Positions 28,701 to 43,100 of a stretch of 64,000 nt of DNA are shown here, piece after piece. The position numbers were made by a program, and so were the translations under genes. Each line of letters opens with the position of its first letter. Position 1 is the first letter of the stretch. Origin of the DNA: Eledone cirrhosa (lineage: Eukaryota); contig OZ024741.1 in the NCBI GenBank assembly GCA_964016885.1, forward strand, positions 169,570,001-169,634,000, read 5' to 3'. The notes beneath the pieces were generated by a model, which ran no database searches, was not told the origin of the DNA, and saw only the letters and a program-made list of their open reading frames with translations.

Positions 28701-31700
28701 GCCAGACTTGTCTCATGATGTGGATAACCTGTCTAACCTATGCAGGCATGGAAAATAGATGTTAAATGGTGCTGATGATGACTGCACTCATTTCATGAAA
28801 GTTTCTCTCCATGACACAAAAATTACACATACAAATTATAAATGCATTCAAATATATACACACAGCCACAGGTTGTAGACTGTATCTTCTGGATAAATTT
28901 AGCAATCTTACAACTTATGGTATATCACCTCTTAACACTGACAAGCTTGCTGTCTCTTGAGACTTCTGGGAGTTGTTGGCAGCTTGTACAAACAAAAGCA
29001 AAGCCAAAATATAATAATAATAACAATAATCTTATTATAATTGTTGGTGTGTTTCGTCCATTCGTTAATACATTATACTTTAGTTACATACACACACATC
29101 TACACATAAATGCATAAACAGATACACAGACCACAGAAGTGCAAACACACACACACACAGATCTACTCATATATATTCATAAATAGACACATCATACAAA
29201 ATAATTATTACATACACACACATATCTATGGTTGAGGAAGGAAGCGGCTGGTGAAACGCTATAGCGATGAGTGTTCCAGAGTAGCTACACTTGTATGTAT
29301 GCGTTTGTGTGAGTGTATGTGAGCGTTTGTGTGAGTGTATGTGTGTGTTTTATGTGAGTGTGTTTGGGCATTTATTTTTATAGACTCATACATATAAATG
29401 TATGAGTCTATAAAAATAAGGAGGCATATGGCTTAGTGGTTAGAGCATTGGCCTTGCAATCGAAAGGTTGTGAGTTCAATTCTCAGACCGGGTGATGTGT
29501 TGTTTCCTTGAGCAAGACACTTTATTTCACATTGCTCCAGTTTACTCAGCTGTAGAAATGAGATGATAGGACTGGGGTCCATATCATTCCACTGCAAAGT
29601 GGTCGTGCAGGTGCCACGGCAAAAAAGCACCCAGCACTCACTGTAAATGAGGTTGGTGTTAGGAAGGGCATCCAGCTGTAGAAATCAAGCCAGAATCAGT
29701 TCCCGTCCCACCCTTGCAAGCAGGGAAAAGCAGACGTCAAAATGAAATGATATGCCATATACACATACATACACACAGTTGTGAGGAATTGTGTATGTAC
29801 AGAGACAGGCAATGAATGAAGAGATAATATACAACTAGATAAATGTCTCTTAAATAGCTCCTCTTAATCTTTTCATCCGTGGAATTTCCCTGGGTCTCGC
29901 TAGTAATAATAATAGTAATAAAAATTATAAAGATCTGGCAATAGAAACAGGTCAAATGTGGATGATGAAAAACAGAGGACCCCGTACTGTCGAGATCCTC
30001 CACAAGATTGGAGCCTTGGTGGCCCCCTCTGAGGAGGGAGCCCCATGAGGTTGGGTGGCTGTTGCAGCGGGTGTGACTGGCCATCGTCCACGAAGCGCAG
30101 CACTTCTGCCCTCTTGCTCTAGGTCCAAAGACCAATCACCCTCCCCCTTCACCCCTCCCTCTCTTCTGCAACACCAGAGCTCTTGCTATCCCCTCTCCTT
30201 CCTGTTTTTTTTCTTTATATTTCCCTATTCTTTCTTTCCTTTTGTTTCCTCCCTGTTTTTTTTTATTACTGCCATCATTATAGTTGTCATACGGGGTCGA
30301 TAAAATAAAGTACCAGTAATGCACTGGGTAATTGCTGGCCTTGTGCCTAAAGTAAAAACAATTATTATTGTTCGGGCACCATGCTTTGCAGCAAAGAGTT
30401 ACGGCCCTTTATAGTCTGAGTTCAAATCCCGCTGAGGTTAACTTTGCCTTTCATCCTTACGGGGTCGATAAAATAAAGTACCAGTAATACACTGGGATAA
30501 TTGCTGACCTTGTGCCAAAAGTAGAAACAATTATTATTATTATTAATGGCGGTGAATTGGCAGTATCAGTAGAGGGCCGGACGCCATGCTTTGCAACAGA
30601 GTTACTGTCCTTTACGATCTGAGTTCAAATCCCACCGAGGTTAACTTTGCCTTTCATCCTTACGGGGTCGATAAAATAAAGTACCAGTAATGCACTGAGA
30701 TAATTGCTGGCCTTGTGCCAACTGTAGAAACAGTTATTATTATTATTATTGTTATTGTAAATAATTGTTTCTACTATTGGCACAAGGCCAGCAATTATCT
30801 CAGTACATTACTGGTACTTTATTTTATCGACCCCCGTAAGGATGAAAGGCAAAGTTAACCTCGGCGGGATTTGAACTCAGAATGGCAAGGGTCATAACTC
30901 TATGCGTCAAAGCATATATAAATACATATTGGCAGTATCGGTAGATACTGCCAATTCACCGTTATTGTAAATGATATCATGTTTATACAGTTATGTAAAT
31001 GATATCATGTTTATACAGTTATTGTAAATGATATCATGTTTATACAGTTATGTATTTATATATGCTTTGAGAATCATAAAAAAACTCACAATAGACAGAT
31101 CTATAACTAAAACTCCAGAACTTACAAATGTATAAAACTTACAAAACATAGCACTACTAGGCACAGTACATATATTATGAAGAGTACTCTTAATACTCCA
31201 TTGTAGCCTAGTGGTAAGGGTGTTGGACTTATGATCATAATGTTGTGGGTTCGATTCCTGGGCTGGGTTGTGTGTTGTGTTCTTGAGCAAAACACTTCAT
31301 TTCACATTGCTCCAGTATACTCAGCTGAAAATGAGTACCAGCAATAGCTGGGTGTGTAACCCTGCGATAGACTGGCGTCATGTCCAGTGGGAAGTCTTGT
31401 ACTCCCAGTCGCTTCACGCCATGACACTGGGATAAGCATCGGCCTAACGAGCCTTAAATGGTTGAAGACAGACTTTAGACTTTTAGACTCTCAATACAAT
31501 AGAACCAACAACTTCAAAGCAACTCTGCACTGACGACATGTAATAAATAAAATAATAATATGTTGACATCAATATGGTTGCTCTGAACACCAACACACCA
31601 ATAGCAACATCACCATCACTATCACCATCACCAACTTTACCTTACATCTCATTGTGCTCCTCTATATTTCAGGCTAAAGGAAAATCAGACTATTTCTGGA

Positions 31701-32384
31701 TTATTAGCATTCTGGAAACTCAACAACAGATCAGGTAAATATTGTTAATATTCTCTTTATCTCTGTTTGCCTGTTTGTCTCTATGTGTATAAATATATAT
31801 AGACACGGATGCACATGCACACACACACACACATATATATATATATAGGGAGCTCATAGATATAAGGGTTTCTCCCTGCGTACGAAAGGCCGGTTGTATG
31901 ATGCCTGTGTGAGGAGCGCGATGCTGCATGGTAGTGAGACATGGGCAGCAACTGCAGAGGATATGCGACGGTTGGAGAGAAAAGAGGCAAGCATACTCCA
32001 TTGGGCGTGCAATGTCAATGTGCGTGAACGACCCAACATAAATGTGTTGAGAGAGAAACTGTGTCTGAGAGCGATAGAATGTAGTGTGCGAGAGAGGAGA
32101 CTGTGGTGGTATGGACATGTGATGTGCACGGAGGATGATCGATGGGTGAAGAAGTGCCAGGAAATGCCAGTTGAAGGAAGGCGTGGTAGAAGTAGACCAC
32201 GAAAAACCTGGGTGGAGGTGGTGAGAACAGACCTCAGATCGCTGAAGCTCACGGTGGAGATGACGAAGGACCGTGACAAGTGGGGAGATGCTGTGCTGAA
32301 TAAGACCCGTTCCACCCTTGCAAGCAGGGAAAAGCGGACGTAAAAGGATGAAAATGATGATATATATATATATATACCCACACA

Positions 32385-32438
<54 letters not shown>

Positions 32439-33100
32439 GAAAAATGCACATAAAAACGATGATGATGATATATATATATATATGTATGTATATGTATATA
32501 TACATATTGATTTATTGTTATACTTTGGGAGGATCATATATATATATAATTCAGAATGGTTTTCTGAAGCGGAACATAAGAGAACCATTGTTAAATAAGG
32601 TAATCAATACATTAGTAGTGAAGGTACATGTTTCTTTATTTCTTTCAGTCATTTGAATTCATTTGGAAAGTCTTTCCTGATTACAAATGAATATAACAGT
32701 TCTAGTCATGTAAAAGGCATAAGTGGTTGTGTAGGTGTCACGACAAAACGCTCCCAGCCCACACTGTAAAGTGGTCGTGTAGGTGTCACGACAAAACGCT
32801 CCCAGCCCACACTGTAAAGTGGTCGTGTAGGTGTCATGACAAAAAGCACTCAGCCCACACTGTAAAGGGGTTGTGTAGGTGTCACGACAAAAAGCACCCA
32901 GTCCACAATGTAAAGTGGTCGTGTAGGTGTCATGACAAAAAGCACCCAGCCCACACTGTAAATGCGGTTGGCATTAGTAAGGGCATCCAGCCGAAGAAAC
33001 CAAGCCAGAAACAGTTCTGTGAGCAAAACACTGTCACCTGACCCAAATAGGACAACACCCGTCTAACCCATGCTAGCATGGAAAAATGGATGTTAAACAG

Positions 33101-33134
<34 letters not shown>

Positions 33135-36100
33135 ATATTGTCATTGTCGTGTTTCCTCCTTGCTTTTTTCCACTTGCTGCTTTACTGCAATGAGTTGCCA
33201 CTTCTATTGCAGATTGTTACCATTTCCATTTGTGACTCCTGGCAAAAGCTGGTGGTGTATGAACTCAAAATATACAGAGTTGGACCAGATACAGCAAAGT
33301 ATCTCTTCAAGAATTTTAATAATCCATTATCCATGAACTGGTACTTTATCAACACTGAAAGGATGAAAAGCAAAGTTGACCTTGGTAGGATTTGAAATAA
33401 TACCAAGGCCTTTTAACTGATGTCCTAATCAATTTGCCACCTTACTGTGACAAAACCAAGTTCATTTAAATTTGTATTTAGTTTTTAAAAAATCCTTGTT
33501 CTTCGACTGTGCGGTTAAGGAGTTCACTCCGATTGCATGGCACCATGGGAAGGTGTTTTGTATTATTGATTCAGGTTGATCAATGCCTTGTGAATGATAT
33601 TTGGTAGACAGACACTGCAGAAGTCCATTGTGTGTGTATCCGCATATGTTTACATTTGTGTTTTTCTCCTGTAAATTAGTGGTGCCACAAAAAGAGATCA
33701 ATAAAATAAGCAGCAGATTTTTAAAAAATAAGTACTGGAATCGATATGATTGATTAAATTCCTTTAAGATGGTACCCCAGCATGGCTGCAGTGTAATGAC
33801 TGAAACTAGTAAAAGAATAAATAATATTTCTGCACAACACAATGTATATTAGAAAATTTAATGTAGGTACAACTATAGTTTTAAATTATAAACTTCACCA
33901 TGAAAAAGGTATCAGTGTTAATACACTGTTTTTATTTTTTTTATTTTTTGCATGCAGAAAAGCAGATTTACCTTTAGATGTTTTGCAATTAGTTTGCTGT
34001 TCATCAGAAGACAGGTAGCCTTATTCTTCTGCTTATGAAGAGAACTTAGAATAACTTATATGCTATTTTTGTCAATCACAAATCTAACCCTAACTGAAAT
34101 GGCCTGTCTAATTTTTATAAAATGACTGTAAAGATTTTGTTAGAAATATCTTTACAGTTGTTCTTTTTTATAGTGAGGCATATAATTTATAGCTGTAGTT
34201 ATACTTACATTAAATTTATTTTTTGTTTTCTTTCTCTGTCCCTGTCTTCAATTCAGGTGTGTCTCCTGTAAAGGTTCTCGTTTCCCACCGACCGTTCCAC
34301 GTCCTATATTGAGAATGTTGCCACTGCAGATACCCATGTGTGAACTCAGCACGGAAAAGAGCCAATATGAAGTATGTTTTTATTGTTATTTACTTTCACT
34401 TCTATATTTTACTTGCACTCTTTCTTTTTCTCTTTCTCATTAAAATTGCTATCACTATTGACCCAGGGCTACCTCAATTTGAATAAATGCAGTGTCAACA
34501 TATTAGCCAAAGGGTTGCTAGTTCTTATCACAATACTCACACAATGCTGCTATCAATGGAACATTTGCTTCTATGTGGAAATAGAAACATGCTCTAACCC
34601 ATAATGTGCCACAGGATCAAGTGCAGTGGGGTTACTGAAAGCTTTGTTTCATTTTCATGAAGTGTATCAAGGACCACATGTGGCATGTCAAAAGCACATG
34701 TGGCATATTTAGGATATATGTAATATCAAGAATACATAGTGTGCAACATGTGAAGGCATGTGGCTTAGTGATTGGAGAGTTAGATTTGCAATTGTGATGT
34801 TGCAAGTTCAGTTCTAGGACCGGGTGATACATTGTGTCCTTGAGCAAGACACTTTATTTCACGTTGCTCCTTCTGCCAGGAATTACGACCGGTAGATAGT
34901 ATCAGCAATGGAAAACTAATAGAAACATTGTTTCCTTCGTCCGATTTGATGAGTCCACCCCCACTCGGCAAGCGAATGAGCTTTGGAATCTTGTCAATCG
35001 ATCGGAGCAAGCATGTGAAGAGATGTAGCATCGTGGCACTGAACGAGGCACATGTTAGTTGCACATGTTGCATTATTAATTTTTAACTGAAACTAAACTA
35101 GAGAACTATTATCAATTGTTACATTCCACACTGTAAAGTGGTCGTATAGGTGTCACAACAAAAAGCACCCAGCCCACACTGTAATGTGGTCGTGTTGGTG
35201 ACATGACAAATAGTGCCCAACCCACACTGTAATGTGGTCGTGTTGGTGACATGACAAATAGTGCCCAGCCCACACTGTAATGTGGTCGTGTTGGTGACAT
35301 GACAAATAGTGCCCAGCCCACACTGTGATGTGGTCGTGTAGGAGTCACAACAATTACTGTAAATGCGGCTGGCATTTGGAAGGGCATCCAGCTGTAGAAC
35401 GAAGCCAAAATCAGCCCTAGGAGAGCGAATCACAGTCCTCTGACCTGATTCTCTCCCAAAGGGTCAGCACGTCCTACTCATGCTAGAGTGGAAAATGGAC
35501 ATTAAACGATGATGATGATGATACCATTTCCAAATATGATATATAATATTTAATTGGTTACACAGTTTTAGTTTACATATTTTATTTTTCTGTTTTATAT
35601 CTAATACCATTGATGTTGCAAAGCCACAGTTTTTCTCTGAGGAATTTGTAATGACCAGGTAAAACTAGTTGAGTTTTTTTTTCAGTCAGTTTTAGAAAGG
35701 GAACCCTGTGGGTTAACCCTTTAATGTTCAAACTGGCCAAAACCGACCAGAATTCTCTACCTTTTTCTGTTGAAACTGGCTGTAACTGGTCACTCAAACT
35801 GATGTTAAGGTATTGTTCTCAAAATAAATACTTTGAAAATCTCATAGATTCGATATTATGTGAGATAAAGCATTTATCATGAAAATACAATAGTATATAT
35901 AGAGTAATGTGAATGCTAAAGGGTTAAACATGGTGCTCCTTCTTTACAGAGCGGCTGAATTATCAACATCATCACCATCATTTTACATCTGTTTCATATG
36001 CTTGCATGGGTTGATCAGGTTGTTGTATTCTGAGACTGACATGTCAGATGACTACTTTCTCATACGTTCCATTTTGGCGGGGTTTTATGGCTGGAGTCCC

Positions 36101-37131
36101 TTCCTAGTGCCACCCACTTTACAGCATATACTGGATACTTGGATACATTTATGTTGGCTCCAGCACTAAGGTGATTGTTGTGTCCTCAGTCGGGCATATG
36201 TTTAATAAACGTGTGTGAAAAGCATATTTACAATTTATCCATGTATGTATATATATATACATACATACATGGATAAATGTAAGGTGGACGTGTAAAAGAC
36301 ACGGCGAAAAGCACCCAGCCCACACTGTAAATGTGGTTGACGTTAGGAAAGGCATCCAGCCGTAGACAGCCAGCCAGAAACACCCCTATTTGAGCAAGAC
36401 AAGGTCACCCGACACAACTTGCCTCAAAATAGGGCTCGTCTGACCCATGCTAGCATGGAAGATGGATGTTAATTGATGATGATGATGATATATTAATTAA
36501 AGGTTAATTAATCTCTAATACTTAAACGTCTCAATGAGAAAAATCTCTCAGAGAAGCACTATTATATATTAAAATAAGTGAGAAAAACTCAAACAAGATA
36601 GACAAAAATTATTCTATATAACCTTGCTTATATATAGATCTCAATATCATGGTTTCGTATGGGGAAGAATTCTTATTGGAACCACCAATAATTGAAGAAT
36701 CTGCATACTCTTCATCATCATCATCATCATCATCATTTTATGTCCGCTTTTCCTTGCTTGCAAAGGTGGGACGGGAACTGATTCTGGCTTGATTTCTACA
36801 GCTGGATGCTCTTCCTAACACCAACCTCATTTACAGTGAGTGCTGGGTGCTTTTTTGCTGTGACACCTCCACAACCACTTTGCAGTGGAATGATAGGGAC
36901 CCCAGTCCTATCATCTCATTTCTACAGCTGAGTAAACTGGAGCAATGTGAAATAAAGTGCCTTGCTCAAGGAAACAACACATGACCCGGTCTGAGAATTG
37001 AACTCACAACCTTTCGATTGCAAGCCCAATGCTCTAACCACTACTTCAGGGGAGTTTAATTCTTCAAGAGCTAAGAGAAATTGAACAAAATATAATACAT
37101 TCTGTTTCTTTTGCTGATGCAGCATGGTGGA

Positions 37132-37183
<52 letters not shown>

Positions 37184-40100
37184 CACCCCCGTCCCATCCA
37201 CACCACCCCTTTTGATGTAAAGTTATATTGGTACAACATCCAGTCCGAAATAAATGAGGTCGTGTAGGTGTCACGAAAAAAAAAACACACAGTCCACGCT
37301 GTAATGTGGCCATGTAGGTAACACGGTAAAAACCTCCCAATCCACACTGCAAATGTGGTTGGTGTTAGGAAGGGCATCCAGCCGTAGAAAACCCGCCAGA
37401 CAGTCGTATACGAGCAAGACAACCCATCTTGCCTCAAGTGGGAAAACTCCCGTCCAAACCCATGCAAACGTGGAAGATGGACGTTAAGCGATGATGATGA
37501 TATATATATATATAATATTATATAGTTTAACTGAATTTCATGATAAATATCCAAAGTAGGTAGAGCACTCAATCTCAAGAATGAGTTGTGTTATATAGTT
37601 ATTTATTGCACTAATAATTCATGCTTCCGTATACATGTGTTTCTTTAACTGTGTTAAATTGATTTGTCATACTGAGTTTGCCAAACTTTCAGTCCATCAA
37701 CTTGATAAATCAACTTGACATAGTCAAGAAGCACATGTATATTGAAGCATGAATTGTTAGTGTAATAAATAACTATATATATATGAACAAGAAATATAGA
37801 TTGTTCATTAGCTAGTTTGATAGACAGACAAATAGATAGATAAAAATTTAGATAGATAAAGAGATTGACATACATTCTTGGTGTAAATGTTTTCATTGTA
37901 TTTCAGGAAAAGTTCTGGCGTATGAATTTTATTCAAAGTTCATTTGATCATTGTATCCAACAAGGCGAAGAATTGGACAGTGGATATCAAGAGGAAGCAA
38001 TGAGAGGCGTGAAAGAAGAACTCATGAAGTTATTTGCAGTAAGAGTTGAAATTCATATAACTCCTTATATTTATGTCTTACTTTCTCTGTCTGCCTGTCT
38101 CTCTAACACTTATATTTTTAGTAACACCTTTGTTACCATATTTCTAACAAAATACATTGCTTATGAATTTCAAAATATTAAAATAATAATCAAGAATTTG
38201 AGAGATTTTGTAATATAACTAACTTTCCTATTATTTAGCTTGTGCTTGGAGCATAACAGAAGTTCTTTTATAAAATTATGATGGGGTGGTTTTAGCTATA
38301 TATAAACACTTGAAAATAGATTTGTATTATAGAAGTTGAGGCAGTTTCAGGCTGTTTGGTATCAAAAGAGTTAAACATACCTTAGGTGTTTTTTGGTTTT
38401 GAACTTCAAAGGTTCGGAGTATTCTGAGCTGGTTGAACTCTGAAAACAGCAGAGCATGTCTTCCTCCAGAGATAGGTATCAAAGGATTTGTTGGAACTAG
38501 GGTTGACTCATTGCTTAGGTGACTTGAACTGGCTGCAAAAGAAAGGGAAAAAAACTTCTTCTTACCCCATTTACTCCCGAGAAGGTTGTTGGGGCAGAGT
38601 CATCAAACACTCCTTCCAGGAGCTCCTGTCAGAAGCAGCCGTCTTCAACTGATTCGGCTGGATCCCTAAGCGCGACCAGCCAAGCTCATGGATGTTATCT
38701 AACCATCTTGCTTGTGGTCTACTCTTGGGTCACCTGCTGGTTGGTTTGGCCTGTAAAATCTGTCCAGTGATTCTTTCCTGAGACATTCTAACCACATAAC
38801 TGTAATATCGGAGCTGTGATCTCTCAATTTTCCGAAAAAAAAGTTTTTGGGAAATTATATGAGGCTGTTGAGAAAGTGAGTCACTACAACTGTTTCAAGA
38901 GAAAAGACAAATGGTGTTTCTAACGCAGTGAAGTGTGTCCATCAAAAGGGCTCGAGTGTTGAGGTGGACAGGGATGTCTGGCCTGGTCTGGTGTCACAAT
39001 ATCAGTATCCCTAATTTTGTGCTGTTGTGCAGGAGTTTCATTGCCTACATCAGTGGGTGGCTCCCAGGTAGTTCTGATGTTGTGGTGAAAGGAGACAAAA
39101 TACTTAGTGTTGCTTCACTGCCTGATGAGACATTCATTCCTGCATTTAGTGATAGAGTACAGCAACACACTCAGCACACAAATGTTTACCTCAAGTATGA
39201 AAAAAATATTCTGTAACTGTAAATCACCTAATATGAAATTTAAAAAAAAAATTGAATAAAAAAGAGAAAAAAAAATTAAATCAATTTATTTTAAATTTCA
39301 AAATATATTTTAAAAAAAATTTTTAATTAAAAAAAAAATAATTAAAATAAAATAAAAATTAATTTGAAAAACAGTTTTTTGAATTTAATAAAAGAAATGG
39401 TTTACAGATTCTGAGTCTCCAATATATTTTTTTTTTTTAATAAAAAGGCATGATAAAAATGTTAGAAGGGCTTTAAAAAATCCTCACTAAATTTCCTTGT
39501 TGTTTTTTCTGTCTGTGTATCTATTTGTGCATCAATGTTTTCATTTCTTAAAGCATTCCATTGAATTTCTCTGTTTCAGCTTTCAGTACGGTCTGAACGA
39601 GAATGCAGGGCTTTGGATATATGTAAGTTAATGCCTGATGAACACACTCTGCAACTGGCTGTCAAATATGCAGCAAGACTGACCAGGATGCAACTTGCTG
39701 GCCGCATCAATGAAATGGCCCATAGGCGGCACATGGCTGAAGAGGCCAAACAAAGGAAGAGGCAGACTAAAATGGCAAATGGAAATGACTATTCATCGTC
39801 TTCTGCAGAAGAGGAAGAGGATGGTAGTCATGATGATGATGATGGCAGTGTTGTACATAAGAAGATACTGGCAAAACCGAGGTAAATAGATGAGTTGATG
39901 TTTTCCTTTTTCTCCATTTTTTTTTGTCCACCAGCCTGGGATGGTATTGTATTTATCAACCCTGAAAGGCAAAGTTGATCTCAGCAAGGTTTGAACTAAA
40001 AACTCTGAAAATTAGAACAAATAGTACAAGGCATTCTAGTCGATGCTCTAACATGTACAGACTTCTCTTGTGGTTTTACAGCCAGTTTTTCCCATATTTG

Positions 40101-43100
40101 CATGGGTTTGGTGGCCCCCTTTTCTACAATGTAAGAGTAGAACTTGGATTTTGTTTGTTCAGTTTGGTAAACTCAAATGAACAGAGTTATATGCATGCTT
40201 CAGAGGTGATTTGAACTTATGACTATATGGAAACCACACATCCTTTTGCCAAAAATTGCTACCTGACCATTTATTCTCAATTTCTATTTTAAGGCCAGAA
40301 AACAATAGGGGTTGGATTCGACCATCTTTGGTTAAACGGCAGAAATCTGACAGAAGTTCACTGAACGGCATGATAAAGAAGCAGCAGCAGCAGAGTCATA
40401 AGGAGGAAGAAGAGGTAAAAGAAAAGGAGGTATCTGAAGATCAGGAAGTGGAAGTCGTAGATGAGGGCAATGATGATAATGATGATAATATGAGTGGAGA
40501 CAATGATGAGAAATCAGATGAGGAGAAAGAGAATAGCCAGGCTGCTGCCAGTGAAACACCTAACTCAGGTGAGTGTGATAGTCTTGTTCTGCAGTGATAT
40601 ATGTTGATGGTCTTTGGCAGAATACTGTAATCTGTGAGTTGTTGGTCTCTAAGAAATGTAGGTTTAGATGATTGGTTCATGGAAATAGCTATGTTTGATA
40701 TGCAGAAAAGGAGTAGGGAGAAACTCCATACAGTGTACCCAGTGTAAACTATGCACGTACAAGATCTGTAGTGGGATCACAAGCAGACTAACACAGAACA
40801 GAGATTTAGGAGGACAAATGCACAGGTGTAGTTACTTGCAGAACCAATGAAATAAACCCTTTCCATCCAAGGAAAGCTCCATAGAAATAGCTGATAGTTT
40901 CTATTTCTGAGGCGACCTAATTAGCAGTGGAGGAGGTCACTCTGAAAGCATATAATCAGAATAAGAATAGAATGGAAGAATTTCAGGGAGCTACTACCCC
41001 TGCTGGCAATGAAAGGATTCACTTTCTGTGCAAAGGTAGATTGTATGATGCCTATGGGCATTGAATGCTGAGGATATGTAAAGGGTTGATTAAAATGAAT
41101 CAAGCATGCTCTATTGGATGTGTCATGTTAGTGTGCAAAGCACAGATGATAGTAAAAACTGAGCATAAGAAGAATCAGATATGCTTAGTAGGAGAGAAGG
41201 CTGTGCATATAAAAGTATTATAAAACAATAATTAACACAAGATATAATAGGTTGGCGCTAGGAAGGGCATCCAACTGCCAAAATCAAGCCAAAATCGGTT
41301 TTGTATGAGCATGACATGGTCACCTGACTTGGCATTGCTCACAACAGGATAACTCGTCTAACCCATGCCAGCATGGAAATGGATGTGACGATGATGATGA
41401 TGATAATATAAAATTTAAAAAAGATTTAGCATTACCCATCCACACATAGGTATGAACCCTTTAGTTAAGTCAATTCAGAACAGCCTACATTTCTGCTCCT
41501 CTACCATAGATTATATACTTCAATATTAGTCTTACTTTGAAAGATGTTATATTTTCTCTCACTTTCTCTTGTTCCCATAACCCTGAAATATTAAGTCTAA
41601 TATTTCTAAGGTAAAATTTCAATATCTTTGTTACTGTTAGTATTGATGTTTAATGTTCCTACTACATTGCTATAGCCAACTATAAACCTTGTTCTTAAGA
41701 CTAATATTTTAATTTTTATCTCTTTTCTGTTGCAGTTGAGAGTGCATCTCCTCCACCAAGAGTTTTGCCATCATCAGGCACTGTGACAAACCCTTTCAAA
41801 GTAAGAATTTTGGAAGGGGTAATCATCTTATTGTCTTTTTTTTTCTTTTTTTATATAAATTTCCACAGAAATTGTTTGGCTAAGTTTCAGATATATAAGA
41901 CTCAGCACTTCATAATTGTTTAGTTCTGTGTCTTATGAATCTATTTTCATCATCCTTTGTTTGTCTTCCGCTCTGTCAGTAATAGTCCACTCACCCTCTG
42001 AACCATTATCAGTTCTGTTCTGTCCGGCCTTCTCTGTTGCTTCACCTTCATCACTCATATCTTGCTCCCATAAATTATGGCACTTCTCACACATGCAGTT
42101 ATTTAGTCATTATTCCTTTCCATTTTACATTCATACCGAGATTGACTTTTTTTTTTATTACCCTTTCAAAATCAATAAAATAAAATACCAGTTAACAAAA
42201 TACTGATGATTCTAGTCTTGACGTTGATGCTCCAGTATGGCCACTGAAAGAACAAGGCTGAAACCAGTCAAAGAAAAGTCTGTGTTTGTCTGGATCACAG
42301 TACTGTTTATCTTTCTAAAGTTGATAAAAATATCAATCAAGTACTGAGGCTTGATGCAGTAGGATGATATAAGAGTTGACAGTGGCCTCACTTAGAGTCT
42401 AATAACTGAAACCAATGGACTGGTTATGTCATTATCAGTGGATTGGCAAAATCGGTAGAGCATCGGACAATATGCTTATGCATGCGTTACAGCCTTTTAT
42501 GTTCTGAGTTCAAATCCAGTTGAGGTTAACTTTGCCTTTCATCCTTACGGGGTCGATAAAATAAAGCACCAGTAATGAACTGGGCGTGATTTATTTGACC
42601 CCCCACCCTCCATAATTGTTGGCCTTGTGCCTAAATCAGAAACCATTTTTATCATTATCACCATCATTTTTATGTCCACTTTGCCATATTGGCATGGGTT
42701 ATACGGTACTCTTTGAGGCAGTTTTTTAGAGCCCAAGACCCTTCTTGATAGCAACTCTTTTAGTTTCTTCTTATGACACACAGGGATTCAGTGTACCTAT
42801 TTTAAACTGGATACACACGGCAATGTGTTTGTAAAATCTCATTATTGACTCCCCTTTTCCAATTGATTATGTCAACAGATTGGAACCCCACAGAAACCCC
42901 TTCCTGCTATGAAAGGGACACAGGTGTTTGATTCCATGATTCGAAGTAAACCAACAAAGCTATTAAGTTCTCCAGAAGCTACTAAGAAGACAGGCTCACG
43001 GAAGGTAAATCATTTTACAGCCATCATCGTCACCATCACCATCATTATCTACGTCCTCATTACCATCACCATCACCACCATCATCATCCACCATCACCAT

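Noticed and set aside
29420-29495. tRNA-gene-like sequences (A and B boxes), also at 3980-4045, 5630-5700 and 27000-27065
   Set aside because: They continue into SINE bodies or are degenerate, with no complete cloverleaf and terminator; these are SINE heads.
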